NCBI GenBank assembly: GCA_963814585.1
Contig: CAWFDF010000013.1
Location: forward strand, 64,001-128,000
Direction of reading: 5' to 3'
Source: an uncultured delta proteobacterium
Lineage (GTDB): Bacteria > Myxococcota > Myxococcia > Myxococcales > Anaeromyxobacteraceae
DNA length: 64,000 nt
Positions 53,198-62,542 of the stretch are shown piece after piece (position 1 is the first letter of the stretch; every line of letters starts with the position of its first letter). Under the pieces are notes generated by a model that was given only the letters and a program-made list of their open reading frames with translations, was not told the origin of the DNA and did not search any database. A program made the translations under genes and the position numbers.

Positions 53198-54793
53198 TCA
53201 CCGCGAGCGGTACACGGTGTGGTCGATCTCCGGGAAGATGTTGTCCCTCGACTCGACCGAGCGGAGCCAGCCCTCGTCGACCTGGTGAGCCCGGAGCTGG
53301 TCGTGCAGCCGCGTGAAGCGGAGCACGTGCTCCTTGGTCCGCCGGATGGCGTACTCGACCATGGTGCCGGTCTTCATGATGAAGGCCCAGTCGGAGGACT
53401 GGGCCAGCAGGAGCTCGCGCGCCGCCTGGTCGAGGGCGCGCCGCTCCAGCGGGGTCGGCAGCCGGATGTCGTTGGCGAGCGCGATCATCCGCTCCGCCGC
53501 CTTGTGGAGGTGGCGGTAGATCCAGTCGTTGGTCCCGTCCAGCCAGACGGCGGCGTAGCCGCCGGCCCCCCAGGAGCAGAGCGGCGGCGTCGCCAGCTGC
53601 TGCTCCGGGTTCTCCCGCAGGTAGTCGCCGGGCGTGGCCAGCTTGAAGACCTTCTGGTCGAAGGCCACCTTCCGGATCAGGTAGTCGATGAACTGCGGCC
53701 CCTCGTACCACCAGTGGCCGTAGAGCTCGGCGTCGTAGGGCGAGACCACGATGGGCCGGGTCCCGCCCATGCGGCCGGCCAGGTGCTCGATCTGCCGCTC
53801 CCGGTTGTACATGAAGTTGCCCGCGTGGGAGGCGGCCCGCTCGGCGGCCCGCTGCGGCGAGTAGGGCTCCTTGTGCGGCGTCTTGCCGGTGATCCGGAAG
53901 TACTTGATGCCGACGTTCTTGCGCGCCCCGGTGGGCTGCACGTAGGGCTTCACGTAGTCGAAGTCGAGGTCCCAGCCGATGTCCCGGTAGAACTCCCGGT
54001 ACTCGGTGTCGCCGGGATAGCCCGACTCGGCGCTCCAGACCTGCATCGACGACTCGGGATCCCGGGCGAAGGCCGCCGGCCCGGCCGGGGTGTAGAGCGG
54101 CGCGTAGACGCCGTGGCGCGGCCGCGGCGTGGCGTCGGTGACGCCGTGGGAGTCGACGAAGAAGTAGCGGATGTTCTGCTCCGCCAGCACCTGCTCGACG
54201 CCGGGGAAGTAGCCGCACTCCGGCAGCCAGATGCCGGCCGGGTCCTTGCCGAAGTGGCGGCGGTGGTGCGTGGCGGCCACCGCCACCTGCGCCCTGACCG
54301 CCTCGGGGTACTGCTGCATCAGCGGCAGGAAGCCGTGGGTGGCGCCGCAGGTGAGCAGCTCCAGCCGCCCGGCCTCCTCGAGCCGACGGAACGCGCCCAC
54401 CAGGTCACGGTGATAGCGATCGTGGAAGTGGCGGCGCAGGTCGAAGAACTCCTCCCGGTAGTGATGGGCCAGGCCGTTGAAGGCCGCCTCGTGACGGGTC
54501 CGGTGGATCTCCTTCTCGGCCAGCTCGCAGAGCTGGTCGAGCCGGCGGGCGTACCGCCCCATCAGCAGGTCGTCGCGCAGCATCGCCACCAGCGGAGGCG
54601 ACATGGTGAGCGAGATGCGGAAGGGGATGCCCTCGTCGGCGGCGCGGTCGAAGACCCGCAGGAGCGGGAGGTAGGTCTCGGTGATGGCCTCGTAGAGCCA
54701 GTCCTCCTCGAGGAAGTCCTCGTACTCCGGGTGACGAACGAAGGGCAGGTGGGCGTGGAGGTGGAGGGCGACGTAGCCCCGGGGTTCGGCCAT
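53198..54793 (-). CDS. GH57 family 1,4-alpha-glucan branching enzyme (DUF1957)
   Basis: LHAHLPFV, ETYLPLL, GIWLPECG (nucleophile), YDAELYGHWWYEG (acid/base), AQSSDWAF. Confidence 0.92.
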   Translation of the reverse strand: MAEPRGYVALHLHAHLPFVRHPEYEDFLEEDWLYEAITETYLPLLRVFDRAADEGIPFRISLTMSPPLVAMLRDDLLMGRYARRLDQLCELAEKEIHRTRHEAAFNGLAHHYREEFFDLRRHFHDRYHRDLVGAFRRLEEAGRLELLTCGATHGFLPLMQQYPEAVRAQVAVAATHHRRHFGKDPAGIWLPECGYFPGVEQVLAEQNIRYFFVDSHGVTDATPRPRHGVYAPLYTPAGPAAFARDPESSMQVWSAESGYPGDTEYREFYRDIGWDLDFDYVKPYVQPTGARKNVGIKYFRITGKTPHKEPYSPQRAAERAASHAGNFMYNRERQIEHLAGRMGGTRPIVVSPYDAELYGHWWYEGPQFIDYLIRKVAFDQKVFKLATPGDYLRENPEQQLATPPLCSWGAGGYAAVWLDGTNDWIYRHLHKAAERMIALANDIRLPTPLERRALDQAARELLLAQSSDWAFIMKTGTMVEYAIRRTKEHVLRFTRLHDQLRAHQVDEGWLRSVESRDNIFPEIDHTVYRSR

Positions 54794-55834
54794 CTACCGG
54801 CCCTCCCCGCCGAACGGGCCCGACGGCGACGACGGGCCGCCGGCCGGGGAGGTCGGGCCACCGCCGGCGTGGCTGTGGCCGAAGCCTTCCCAGCCGGAGA
54901 GGCGGGCCAGCAGGGCCCTCGCCTCCTCGCTGAAGGGACCACCGGGTACGCCCGGCCCCATCAGCTTCGGCAGCGGAACGTCCCACGGCAGCGTCGCGAA
55001 GCGATCGTCGATGATCGGCGACGGCCCCTGGGGCGGCAGCGCGGTGGCGATCGAGGGGCCCGGAAGCACCCGGTCCTGGCCGTCGGATCCGATGACGTGG
55101 AGCTCGGCGCGGTACGGGCGCCCGGGCTCCAGGTCGTGGACGTACCAGCCGCGGGCCTCGAGGGCGACGTCGATGACGCGGACGCGCTCCCACCCGTTGC
55201 CGCGCGCGAAGACCCAGAGCTGCACCTTGGCGTCGGGGACGCCGGCGAAGGAGGCGTCGACGGTCGAGCGGGCCTGGTCCCAGTAGACGAAGAGGGTGCG
55301 CGGATCGCGCGGCAGCGCCACCAGCAGGTCGGCGCCGTAGGTCCAGGGCAGCTCGCCCAGCCCCTCGTCGTCGAGGGGCTGCGGCGGGGGTTCCTCCTCC
55401 CAGCCGCCCGGCTCGAGCAGCTGGTGCGGCGCGTCTCGGGCGGCGTCTTCCCCGCGCACCCGCGCCACGAAGAACCCTTCCGGATCCGGACCTTCGCGGC
55501 GACCGGCCCCTGCCAGGCTCGGGATGACCTTGGTTCGCCTGGTGGACGGGCGTGGCGCGGCCGGCTTCCTCGCGGCCGCACGGGGGGGCGGCGCCTTCTT
55601 GACGGCGGCCTTCCTGGCGGCCGCCTGCTTCCCGGCAGCCTGCTTCCCGGCAGCCTTCTTGGCGGCCGGCTGCTTCGCGGCCGCCCGCTTCCCGGCAGCC
55701 TTCTTGACGGCCGGCTGCTTCGCGGCCGTCTTCCCGGCGGACGCCTTCCTCCCGGCCGGCGGCGCCTTGACCGACCGCTTCGCGGCCGGACTCTTCGTAC
55801 CCAGGAGCGACTTCTTCCGATCTTGTGCTGGCAT
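54794..55834 (-). CDS. DUF4912 domain protein with a Lys/Ala-rich N-terminus
   Basis: ELPWTYG...LPRDPRTLFVYWD...WYVHDL; directly upstream of GH57. Confidence 0.8.
   Translation of the reverse strand: MPAQDRKKSLLGTKSPAAKRSVKAPPAGRKASAGKTAAKQPAVKKAAGKRAAAKQPAAKKAAGKQAAGKQAAARKAAVKKAPPPRAAARKPAAPRPSTRRTKVIPSLAGAGRREGPDPEGFFVARVRGEDAARDAPHQLLEPGGWEEEPPPQPLDDEGLGELPWTYGADLLVALPRDPRTLFVYWDQARSTVDASFAGVPDAKVQLWVFARGNGWERVRVIDVALEARGWYVHDLEPGRPYRAELHVIGSDGQDRVLPGPSIATALPPQGPSPIIDDRFATLPWDVPLPKLMGPGVPGGPFSEEARALLARLSGWEGFGHSHAGGGPTSPAGGPSSPSGPFGGEGR
55593..55790 (-). repeat. Degenerate 15-bp coding tandem repeat (KKAAG/KQPAA pentapeptides)
   Basis: Recurring CTTCCCGGCAGC / CTTCGCGGCCG units at about 15-nt period. 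Confidence 0.75.
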
Positions 55835-56026
55835 GATTTCGGGGAGACTACACCAAGAATCACTCGACCGTCCCCCACCCGACCGCCCCCGGGCGGCTTC
55901 TCTGCTAGGCTCTCCCTTTCGGCCATCGGAGCCCGCCTGGATCGCGCAGGAGACGCCAGCCCCCCCTGCCCACGCTGCGGAGGCACCCACCCTCCAGGGG
56001 AGCGCTGCGTCCAGGCCACCGTCCTG

Positions 56027-57952
56027 ATGGGCGGCTCGCCCCCCAACGCGACGCTGCTCTTCGGTGGTGACGGCCTGCGGTCGCCCCCCGCCCCGACCCC
56101 GAGGGAGGCTCCACTCGCCGACCCGCTGGTCGGCTCGCAGGTCGGCTCCTTCCGGGTGGTGCGTCCTCTCGGCCGCGGCGGGATGGGCACCGTCTACCTG
56201 GCCGAGCATCCCGCCATCGGCAGCCGGGTGGCGGTCAAGTTCCTCCACGAGTCGCTGTCCGAGAATCCCCAGGTGGTGGCCCGCTTCTACGACGAGGCGC
56301 GCGCCGTCAACCTGATCGGCCACGAGAACATCGTCGCCATCTACGACCTCAACCTCCTCCCCCCCAACCGCTACTACTTCGTGATGGAGTACCTGGACGG
56401 CGAGACCCTCCATGCCGCCGTCCGCGGGCGCCGCCTGGACCTGGCCGCGGCGCTCGACGTGCTGCTGCAGCTCTGCGACGCGCTCCAGTGCGCCCACGAG
56501 CGCGGCGTCGTCCACCGGGACCTGAAGCCGGACAACGTCTTCCTGGTGAACCGCGGCGGACGGCCACACTTCGTCAAGCTGGTGGACTTCGGCATCGCCA
56601 AGCTGCGAGGCGGGTCGATCACCGGTGGCGGCCGGACCTCGGCCGGGCTGATCGTCGGGACGCCCGAGTACATGGCGCCGGAGCAGTGCGACGACGGGGC
56701 CATCGACGCGCGCACCGACGTCTACGCGCTCGGCGTCATGGCCTACGAGCTGCTCGCCGAGCGCCTGCCGTTCCAGGGCAAGACGGTCACCCAGCTGCTG
56801 CTCGCCCACCTCCAGCAGCAGCCGCCGCCCCTCTCCCAGGTCGTGAAGGACATCGACCCCGAGCTGGAGCGGACCATCATGAAGGCGCTGGCCAAGGCGC
56901 CGGCCGATCGCCACGCCGACATGGCTCGGTTCGCCGAGGCCCTCCGGCCCGTCCGGGCTCGCCTCGGGCCGGGCGGAGAGCCCGCGGCGGCCCAGGCCGC
57001 GGCCTCGTCCGCCACGGCGATCCCTCCGGCCCCGGCCGCCACGGCGGCTCGCCCCGCCGAACCCGCGCCGGCCCCGGCACAGCCGGCGGTTAGCCCGGTC
57101 GAGGTGAGCCTGCGCCTCGGCGACACCGTCCGCCGGCTGGTCGCCGTCGAGGTGACGCGCGGTGGCATCTTCCTCGGCGCCGAGACCGACCTCCCCCCGC
57201 TCTTCTCCCGCGTGTCGCTCACGCTCTCCCACCCCGCCCTGAAGGCGAAGCTGGAGCTGGGCGGCGACGTGGTCCGCCACGTCTCCGCCTCCGAGGCGGG
57301 GCGCTGGCACATGTCGCCGGGCTTCGCCGTGCAGCTGGTGGACCTGACTCCGGAGCGGCGGGCCGCCCTCGCCGACCTGTCCGAGGCGGCCCGCAGCGCA
57401 GCCGCTTCGCCCGCGCCGGCCGCGGCCGCCCCGGCCTCCTCCGCGGCGCTGCTGGGCGAGCTGGAGGAGCGGCCATCCGCCACCCACTACGCGCTGCTCG
57501 GCCTGCCGCTCGACGCCGAGTTCGCCGAGATCCGGAAGGCGTCCCGCGAGCTCCGCGCCCGGCTCGAGGCCATCCGGGCGCGACCCGAGGCCGCGGACCA
57601 GCACCACCGGGCCACCGCCCTGCTCGCCCGGCTCGACGTGGCCCAGCACGCCCTCTCGATCCCGGCCGAGCGCCTGGTCTACGACGCGGACCGGGGCAAC
57701 TACCTCGGCGTGGCCCGCTGCGTGGCGGCCGGCGTCCCGCAGGCGGTGATCGAGGGGCGCCGACGCGAGTACCTGACCCGCCACGCCGACCGGGCGCGCG
57801 CCGCGGCGAACCACCTGGCGCGGGCCCAGGTGGCGCGCAAGCTGAAGAACCAGGTGGCCGCCTTCGCCGCCTACGAGGCGGCGCTCATCTCCGACCCGCT
57901 CGACCTGGCGACCCTGGAGGCCTACGTGGCCTATCGCCGCCAGGCCGTCTGA
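56027..57952 (+). CDS. Ser/Thr protein kinase with PilZ-like, J-like and TPR-like C-terminal regions; true start may be near 55960
   Basis: LGRGGMGTVY, VAVK, HRDLKPDN, DFGIAK, GTPEYMAPE; then EVTRGGIFL...PPLFSRV...GFAVQL; THYALLGL. Confidence 0.9.
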   Translation: MGGSPPNATLLFGGDGLRSPPAPTPREAPLADPLVGSQVGSFRVVRPLGRGGMGTVYLAEHPAIGSRVAVKFLHESLSENPQVVARFYDEARAVNLIGHENIVAIYDLNLLPPNRYYFVMEYLDGETLHAAVRGRRLDLAAALDVLLQLCDALQCAHERGVVHRDLKPDNVFLVNRGGRPHFVKLVDFGIAKLRGGSITGGGRTSAGLIVGTPEYMAPEQCDDGAIDARTDVYALGVMAYELLAERLPFQGKTVTQLLLAHLQQQPPPLSQVVKDIDPELERTIMKALAKAPADRHADMARFAEALRPVRARLGPGGEPAAAQAAASSATAIPPAPAATAARPAEPAPAPAQPAVSPVEVSLRLGDTVRRLVAVEVTRGGIFLGAETDLPPLFSRVSLTLSHPALKAKLELGGDVVRHVSASEAGRWHMSPGFAVQLVDLTPERRAALADLSEAARSAAASPAPAAAAPASSAALLGELEERPSATHYALLGLPLDAEFAEIRKASRELRARLEAIRARPEAADQHHRATALLARLDVAQHALSIPAERLVYDADRGNYLGVARCVAAGVPQAVIEGRRREYLTRHADRARAAANHLARAQVARKLKNQVAAFAAYEAALISDPLDLATLEAYVAYRRQAV

Positions 57953-58056
57953 GCCCGGCGTGGCGCGCCCCCTCGCCACCGCCGTCGCCTCCGCCGTCGC
58001 CCTCCCGCTGGCGCGCGACGGCTGACGCCGGGACGCTCCGGCGGTACCATCCCGGC

Positions 58057-58827
58057 ATGACCGCCCCACTCCAAGGCCTCACCGCGCTGGTCACCGGCGC
58101 CTCCTCCGGCATCGGCCTCGCCTGCGCCGAACGCTTCGTCCGTGATGGCGCCACGGTGGTGGCCGTGGCCCGCCGAGCCGACCGGCTCGCCGCCCTGGCC
58201 GCCCGGCTCGGCCCCAGCCTGGTGCCCGTCCCGCTCGACATCACCGACCGCGCCGCGGTGACCCGCGCCTTCACCGAGTCACTGGAGCCGGCGCCGCCGC
58301 TCGACATCCTGGTCAACGCGGCGGGGCTGGCGCTCGGCCTGGAGCCGGTGCACCGGACCTCGATCGACGACTGGGATCGGATGATCGAGACCAACTGCCG
58401 GGCGCTGGTCTTCGCCACCCGGCTGGCGCTGCCCGGCATGGTGTCCCGGGGCCGGGGCCACATCGTCAACATCGGCTCGGTGGCCGGCACCTACCCGTAC
58501 CCGGGCGGCAACGTCTACGGGGCCAGCAAGGCCTTCGTCCGGCAGTTCTCGCTGGCCATCCGCTCCGACCTGCTGGGAACCCCGGTGCGGGTCACCAGCA
58601 TCGAGCCGGGGATGTGCGACACCGAGTTCTCCACGGTCCGCTTCGCGGGCGACCGCGAGAAGGCCGGGAAGGTCTACGCCGGCATGACGCCGCTCGGCGC
58701 CGCCGACGTCGCCGACGCGGTGGCCTGGTGCGTGAGCCGCCCGGCGCACGTCAACGTCAACAGCATCGAGCTGATGCCGGTCCAGCAGGCCTTCGGTCCC
58801 TTCGCGGTCCACCGCAACCAGGCTTGA
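58057..58827 (+). CDS. Short-chain dehydrogenase/reductase (YdfG-like)
   Basis: TGASSGIG, ARRADRL, NIGSVAG, YGASK, IEPG. Confidence 0.92.
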   Translation: MTAPLQGLTALVTGASSGIGLACAERFVRDGATVVAVARRADRLAALAARLGPSLVPVPLDITDRAAVTRAFTESLEPAPPLDILVNAAGLALGLEPVHRTSIDDWDRMIETNCRALVFATRLALPGMVSRGRGHIVNIGSVAGTYPYPGGNVYGASKAFVRQFSLAIRSDLLGTPVRVTSIEPGMCDTEFSTVRFAGDREKAGKVYAGMTPLGAADVADAVAWCVSRPAHVNVNSIELMPVQQAFGPFAVHRNQA

Positions 58828-58834
58828 CGACGGC

Positions 58835-59347
58835 TCAGCGCCTCGTCACCACGCCGCAGGCCAGCCGCTTCCCCCCGGGCTCGCCCCGGCCGTCGCCGGC
58901 CCCGGTGCCGACCACCAGCGCCGCGCCACCACCGCCGAGCAGCGAGGACGGACCGCTCCCCAGGCTGATGCCGCGGGCGATGAAGCCGACCACCGCGACC
59001 CCGTCCCCATCCGCCACCAGGTCCGGGAGGCTCCCGGCGTGCGAGCCCGGCGCCCCGGCCGGCCCGCGGGCCTTCCCTCCCGGGTTGAAGTGGTCGCCGG
59101 CGGACGCGAAGCTGGGACCCTCGCAGCGCCCCACCCCGTGGACGTTGAAGCCGTGCTTCCCGGGCGGCAACCCCTTCACCACGATGGCGATCTGGACGCC
59201 GTCCTCCTCGTCGACCAGCGTCGCCGTCCCCACCTGCCGGCCGGCGCCGTCGCGCATGATGGCGATGGCGCGGACCGGCGGGGGCGGCGCGGCGTGGGCC
59301 GCGGCGGACGTGGCGAGCAGCGCAGCGGTGAGGAGGAGATGTCGCAT
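58835..59347 (-). CDS. Cu/Zn superoxide dismutase-like exported protein lacking several metal ligands
   Basis: Signal peptide; GLPPGKHGFNVH, CEGPSFASAGDHFNP, HAGSLP, RLACGVV. Confidence 0.82.
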   Translation of the reverse strand: MRHLLLTAALLATSAAAHAAPPPPVRAIAIMRDGAGRQVGTATLVDEEDGVQIAIVVKGLPPGKHGFNVHGVGRCEGPSFASAGDHFNPGGKARGPAGAPGSHAGSLPDLVADGDGVAVVGFIARGISLGSGPSSLLGGGGAALVVGTGAGDGRGEPGGKRLACGVVTRR

Positions 59348-59525
59348 CGGGACCTCGAACGTGGCGCGACGGCGGGGGGAGCCGTCACCGATCAGGCAGG
59401 AATACTGATTACTTGGAGACGAGACGAATTGCCTCACCCGTTCAGGCTACCACCGGGTCGCTCCGGCGCAATGATCTCGCGCCGAGATGCCGGGGCGTAT
59501 CATCGTCGCCCGGAGGGAGCGTGCC

Positions 59526-61601
59526 ATGGGGGGTCGGCCGGAGGGGGGGACCGAGCGGGCGGCGGTGCGCAGGCTCAGGGCCATCCGCAACCTCGGGATC
59601 ATGGCCCACATCGACGCCGGCAAGACCACGGTGAGCGAACGGCTGCTCTTCGTCGCCGGGCGCACCCACCACCTCGGGGAGGTCCACCAGGGCGACACCG
59701 CGCTCGACTGGATGGACCTGGAGCGGGAGCGGGGCATCACCATCACCGCCGCGGTCACCAGCCTGGCCTGGCGCGGCCACGACCTGCACCTCGTCGACAC
59801 CCCCGGCCACGTCGACTTCACCATCGAGGTGGAGCGGTGCCTGCGGGTGCTGGACGGCGCGGTGGCGGTCTTCGACGCCGCCCACGGCGTCGAGCCGCAG
59901 AGCGAGACGGTCTGGCGCCAGGCCGATCGCTGGCGCGTCCCCCGGCTCGCCTTCGCCAACAAGATGGACCGGGTCGGGGCCGACTTCGAGGCCACGCTGC
60001 GCTCCCTGCGCGCCCGCTTCCCCGGCCACGCCATCGCGCCGGTGCAGCTTCCGCTGGGCCAGGCCGGGTCGTTCGCGGGCTTCGAGGACCTGGTGGCCGG
60101 GCGGCGGATCACCTTCACGGACCGTGATGACCCGCGGGCCTTCTCGGTGACCGAGGGGCTCTCGCCGGAGGGGACCGAGGCGCGGCGCGCGCTGCTCGCG
60201 CTGCTGGCCGACCACGACGAGCCGGCGGCCGACGCGCTGCTGGGCGATCGCGACCTGCCGCCGGACGAGCTGTCCGCCGCGCTCCGGCGCGCCACGCTCT
60301 CGGGCCGCCTGGTCCCGCTGCTCTGCGGGTCGGCGCTCCACAACCAGGGTATCCCGCAGCTGCTCGACGCCTGCTGCGACTGGCTCCCCTCCCCGCTCGA
60401 CGTGGCGCCGCCGCCGGCCGCCACGCCCGGCGGCGAGCCGGTGGCGCTGCCGCCCGCCGGCGAGGGCGGCCCGCTGCTGGCGCTGGCCTTCAAGGTCACG
60501 CAGCTGGACGAGCGGCGCCGCTACGTCTTCGTCCGGATCTACGCCGGCACGCTGGCGGAGGGGGACGAGGTCTGGAATGCCAGCCTCGGCAAGAGCGAGC
60601 GGGTGGCGCGGATCCTCCAGCTCCACGCCGCGCACAAGACGCGGCGGCCAACGGCCAGCGCCGGGGAGATCGTGGCGATCCTCGGCTTGAAGGAGGCCCG
60701 CACCGGCGACACCCTCTCGGACCGGTCCCGCCCGGTGGTGCTGGAGCGGATCGGCGGCCAGCCTGCGGTCATCTCCCAGGCCGTCGAGCCGTCCAGCCCG
60801 GGGCAGCGCGAGGCGCTGCTGGAGGCGCTGGGACGCATCGCCGACGAGGACCCGACCTTCCAGGCCGGCGAGGACCCGGGGACCGGGCAGCTGGTCATCT
60901 CGGGGATGGGGGAGCTCCACCTGGAGATCGTGGTGGAGCGGCTGCAGCGCGAGTTCGGGCTGGCGGTCCGCACCGGCCGGCCGCAGGTGCTGCTGCGCGA
61001 GACCCTGACGGTGGAGGCGGAGGGCGAGGGGACGTTCGAGCGGACCCTCGACGGCGCGCCCGTCTTCGCCGCCGTGGCGGTCCGGGTCCGGCCGCTGGCC
61101 CGCGGGTCCGGGGTCCGCTTCGAGGTGGCTCCCGCCGCCGCCGTCGCGCTGGCGCCGCACCGCGAGGCGCTCGCCTTCGCCGAGCAGGGGGCGAGCGAGG
61201 CGGCCGAGGCCGGGGCGCTGGAGGGCCACCCGCTGCACGACGTCGAGGTCACGCTCACCGGCGCGACCTGGCGAGAGGGCGCGTCGAGGCCCTTCGCCTT
61301 CAAGGTGGCGGCCGCCACCGCGGTGCGCGAGGCCGCCGGGCGGGGCCGGCCGGTCCTGCTCGAGCCGGTGGGCCGGCTGGAGGTGGTGGTGACCGAGGCG
61401 CAGCTGGGCGAGGCGCTCGGGGCGGTCGACCGGCGGCGAGGGAGCATCCTCGAGGTGGCCGACCGGGACGGCGGCCTGAAGGTGATCACCGGGGAGGCGC
61501 CCATGCGGGGGCTCTTCGGGTTCGCCACCGAGCTCCGCTCCCTCACCCAGGGGAGGGCCCTCTTCACGTTGCGCCTCGACCGGTTCGACGTTACCCGGTG
61601 A
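59526..61601 (+). CDS. fusA: Elongation factor G paralog (divergent)
   Basis: AHIDAGKTT, ERERGITI, DTPGHVDF, NKMDR, EDPTF, GMGELHLEI, LLEPV, LRSLTQGR; not in the str operon. Confidence 0.88.
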   Translation: MGGRPEGGTERAAVRRLRAIRNLGIMAHIDAGKTTVSERLLFVAGRTHHLGEVHQGDTALDWMDLERERGITITAAVTSLAWRGHDLHLVDTPGHVDFTIEVERCLRVLDGAVAVFDAAHGVEPQSETVWRQADRWRVPRLAFANKMDRVGADFEATLRSLRARFPGHAIAPVQLPLGQAGSFAGFEDLVAGRRITFTDRDDPRAFSVTEGLSPEGTEARRALLALLADHDEPAADALLGDRDLPPDELSAALRRATLSGRLVPLLCGSALHNQGIPQLLDACCDWLPSPLDVAPPPAATPGGEPVALPPAGEGGPLLALAFKVTQLDERRRYVFVRIYAGTLAEGDEVWNASLGKSERVARILQLHAAHKTRRPTASAGEIVAILGLKEARTGDTLSDRSRPVVLERIGGQPAVISQAVEPSSPGQREALLEALGRIADEDPTFQAGEDPGTGQLVISGMGELHLEIVVERLQREFGLAVRTGRPQVLLRETLTVEAEGEGTFERTLDGAPVFAAVAVRVRPLARGSGVRFEVAPAAAVALAPHREALAFAEQGASEAAEAGALEGHPLHDVEVTLTGATWREGASRPFAFKVAAATAVREAAGRGRPVLLEPVGRLEVVVTEAQLGEALGAVDRRRGSILEVADRDGGLKVITGEAPMRGLFGFATELRSLTQGRALFTLRLDRFDVTR

Positions 61602-61616
61602 GCGGAGGCTACGACC

Positions 61617-62402
61617 ATGCGCCTGACGACCCTCGCCGCCGCTGCTGCACTGTGCCTGTCACCCATCGCCGTCCGCGCCGCGGACGCCGCCCCGAAGACC
61701 GAGATCACCTGGTACGGCCACGCCGCCTTCACCGTGAAGACCCCGGGAGGCACGGTCCTCGCCATCGACCCGTTCTTCGGCAATCCGAAGTCGCCCGACA
61801 AGAAGGCGGCCGAGACGCTGCCCCGGGTGGACTACGTCCTCGTCACCCACGGGCACGGCGACCACGTCGGCGACGCCGTGGCGCTGGCCAAGCGGACCGG
61901 GGCCAAGCTCATCTCCAACTTCGACCTCTGCAAGGCGCTGGTGGCGGGCGGCTTCCCCGAGGCCCAGGCCAGCGGCGCCACCTGCGGCAACATCGGCGGG
62001 GCCATCCGGGCCGGCGACGCCACCGTCATCATGGTGCCGGCCATCCACTCCTCGGGCCTCGACGTCGAGAAGAACGGCGGCAACCCGATGGGCTTCGTCA
62101 TCCAGGTGAAGGGCGGGCCGGCCATCTACCACACCGGCGACACCGACGTGACCATGGACATGAAGCTCATCCCCGAGCGCTACGGGGCCGTGGACGTCAT
62201 GCTGGCCTGCATCGGCGGCCACTTCACCATGGACCCGAAGGGCGCCGCGCTGGCCGCCGGCTACGTGAAGGCGAAGACGGTGGTGCCCATGCACTTCGGC
62301 ACCTTCCCCGTCATCTCCGGCACTCCCGAGGAGCTCCAGGCGGCGCTGCCGGCCGGGACCAGGATGCAGGTGCTGGCGCCGGGCAAGCCGACGGCCTTCT
62401 AG
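61617..62402 (+). CDS. Exported metal-dependent hydrolase, MBL fold (UlaG/YtkL-like)
   Basis: Signal peptide, WYGHAAF, THGHGDHVGD, YHTGDT, PMHFGTF. Confidence 0.88.
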   Translation: MRLTTLAAAAALCLSPIAVRAADAAPKTEITWYGHAAFTVKTPGGTVLAIDPFFGNPKSPDKKAAETLPRVDYVLVTHGHGDHVGDAVALAKRTGAKLISNFDLCKALVAGGFPEAQASGATCGNIGGAIRAGDATVIMVPAIHSSGLDVEKNGGNPMGFVIQVKGGPAIYHTGDTDVTMDMKLIPERYGAVDVMLACIGGHFTMDPKGAALAAGYVKAKTVVPMHFGTFPVISGTPEELQAALPAGTRMQVLAPGKPTAF

Positions 62403-62542
62403 GGCGCCTCCCCGGGCCACCAGCCGTCCCGGCGCCGCGCGTCGCGCGGTGCCCGATCGCGCCCAGGCCCGCGGGCGACGCCGGCCTTCGAGGGCCCGCC
62501 TGGCCCACCGCCCCACCGCCGCCCGGGGTAGCATGGGGCCTG

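Noticed and set aside
55593..55790. Possible CRISPR-like or non-coding repeat array
   Set aside because: 15-nt degenerate period, in frame, no spacers and no cas genes; it encodes the Lys/Ala tail
51173..57952. 2259-aa giant ORF on the plus strand
   Set aside because: Only the last about 650 aa (kinase) are real; the rest is the stop-free antisense shadow of lysS, GH57 and DUF4912 in GC-rich DNA
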